Shown here in pieces: positions 63,951 to 64,000 of a DNA stretch of 64,000 bases. Source of the DNA: Octopus sinensis (lineage: Eukaryota); contig NW_021832404.1 in NCBI RefSeq assembly GCF_006345805.1, positions 22,667-86,666 on the forward strand, read 5' to 3'. Position 1 is the stretch's first letter. Each line of letters begins with the position of its first letter. Below the pieces are notes generated by a model. That model saw only the letters and a program-made list of their open reading frames with translations, had not been told where the DNA came from and searched no databases. Made by a program: the position numbers and the translations under genes.

Positions 63951-64000
63951 TCGTTTGATAGCGTCTACTATCTTTCCTCCGCCGCCTTCGCCAGCGCTGT

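Overview
Eukaryotic, gene-free, repeat-dominated window, probably from an octopus or other cephalopod (inferred from a SINE fragment at ~62.2-62.4 kb, recognised from memory). Bases ~3.0-55.8 kb are one uninterrupted 58-bp purine-rich satellite (~900 units) with multi-kb higher-order duplications. Both flanks are mosaics of short tandem arrays (9, 10, 13, 13, ~21 and 22/24 bp), and the left flank and far-right flank form a long inverted repeat. The complex ends in a deleted pogo/Tigger-like transposase fragment with an intact TIR and TA site at 61112-61114, and the 22-bp array appears to grow out of the transposase 3' end. The main observation is that nearly every array unit matches a consensus metazoan transcription-factor site: TEAD/MCAT (9 bp), TCF/LEF plus a Helper-like site (22 bp), Grainyhead/CP2 (10 bp), MEF2 (13 bp), POU octamer (~21 bp), HSE-like plus TEAD (58 bp), and possibly C/EBP-ATF (13 bp). 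This suggests a transposon-associated, foldback-like composite satellite that could act as a multi-TF binding platform. The motifs are seen in the sequence; binding and function are inference. The many long ORFs are translations of repeats, not genes. The last 3 kb holds microsatellites, SINE fragments and a possible Helitron-type terminus.
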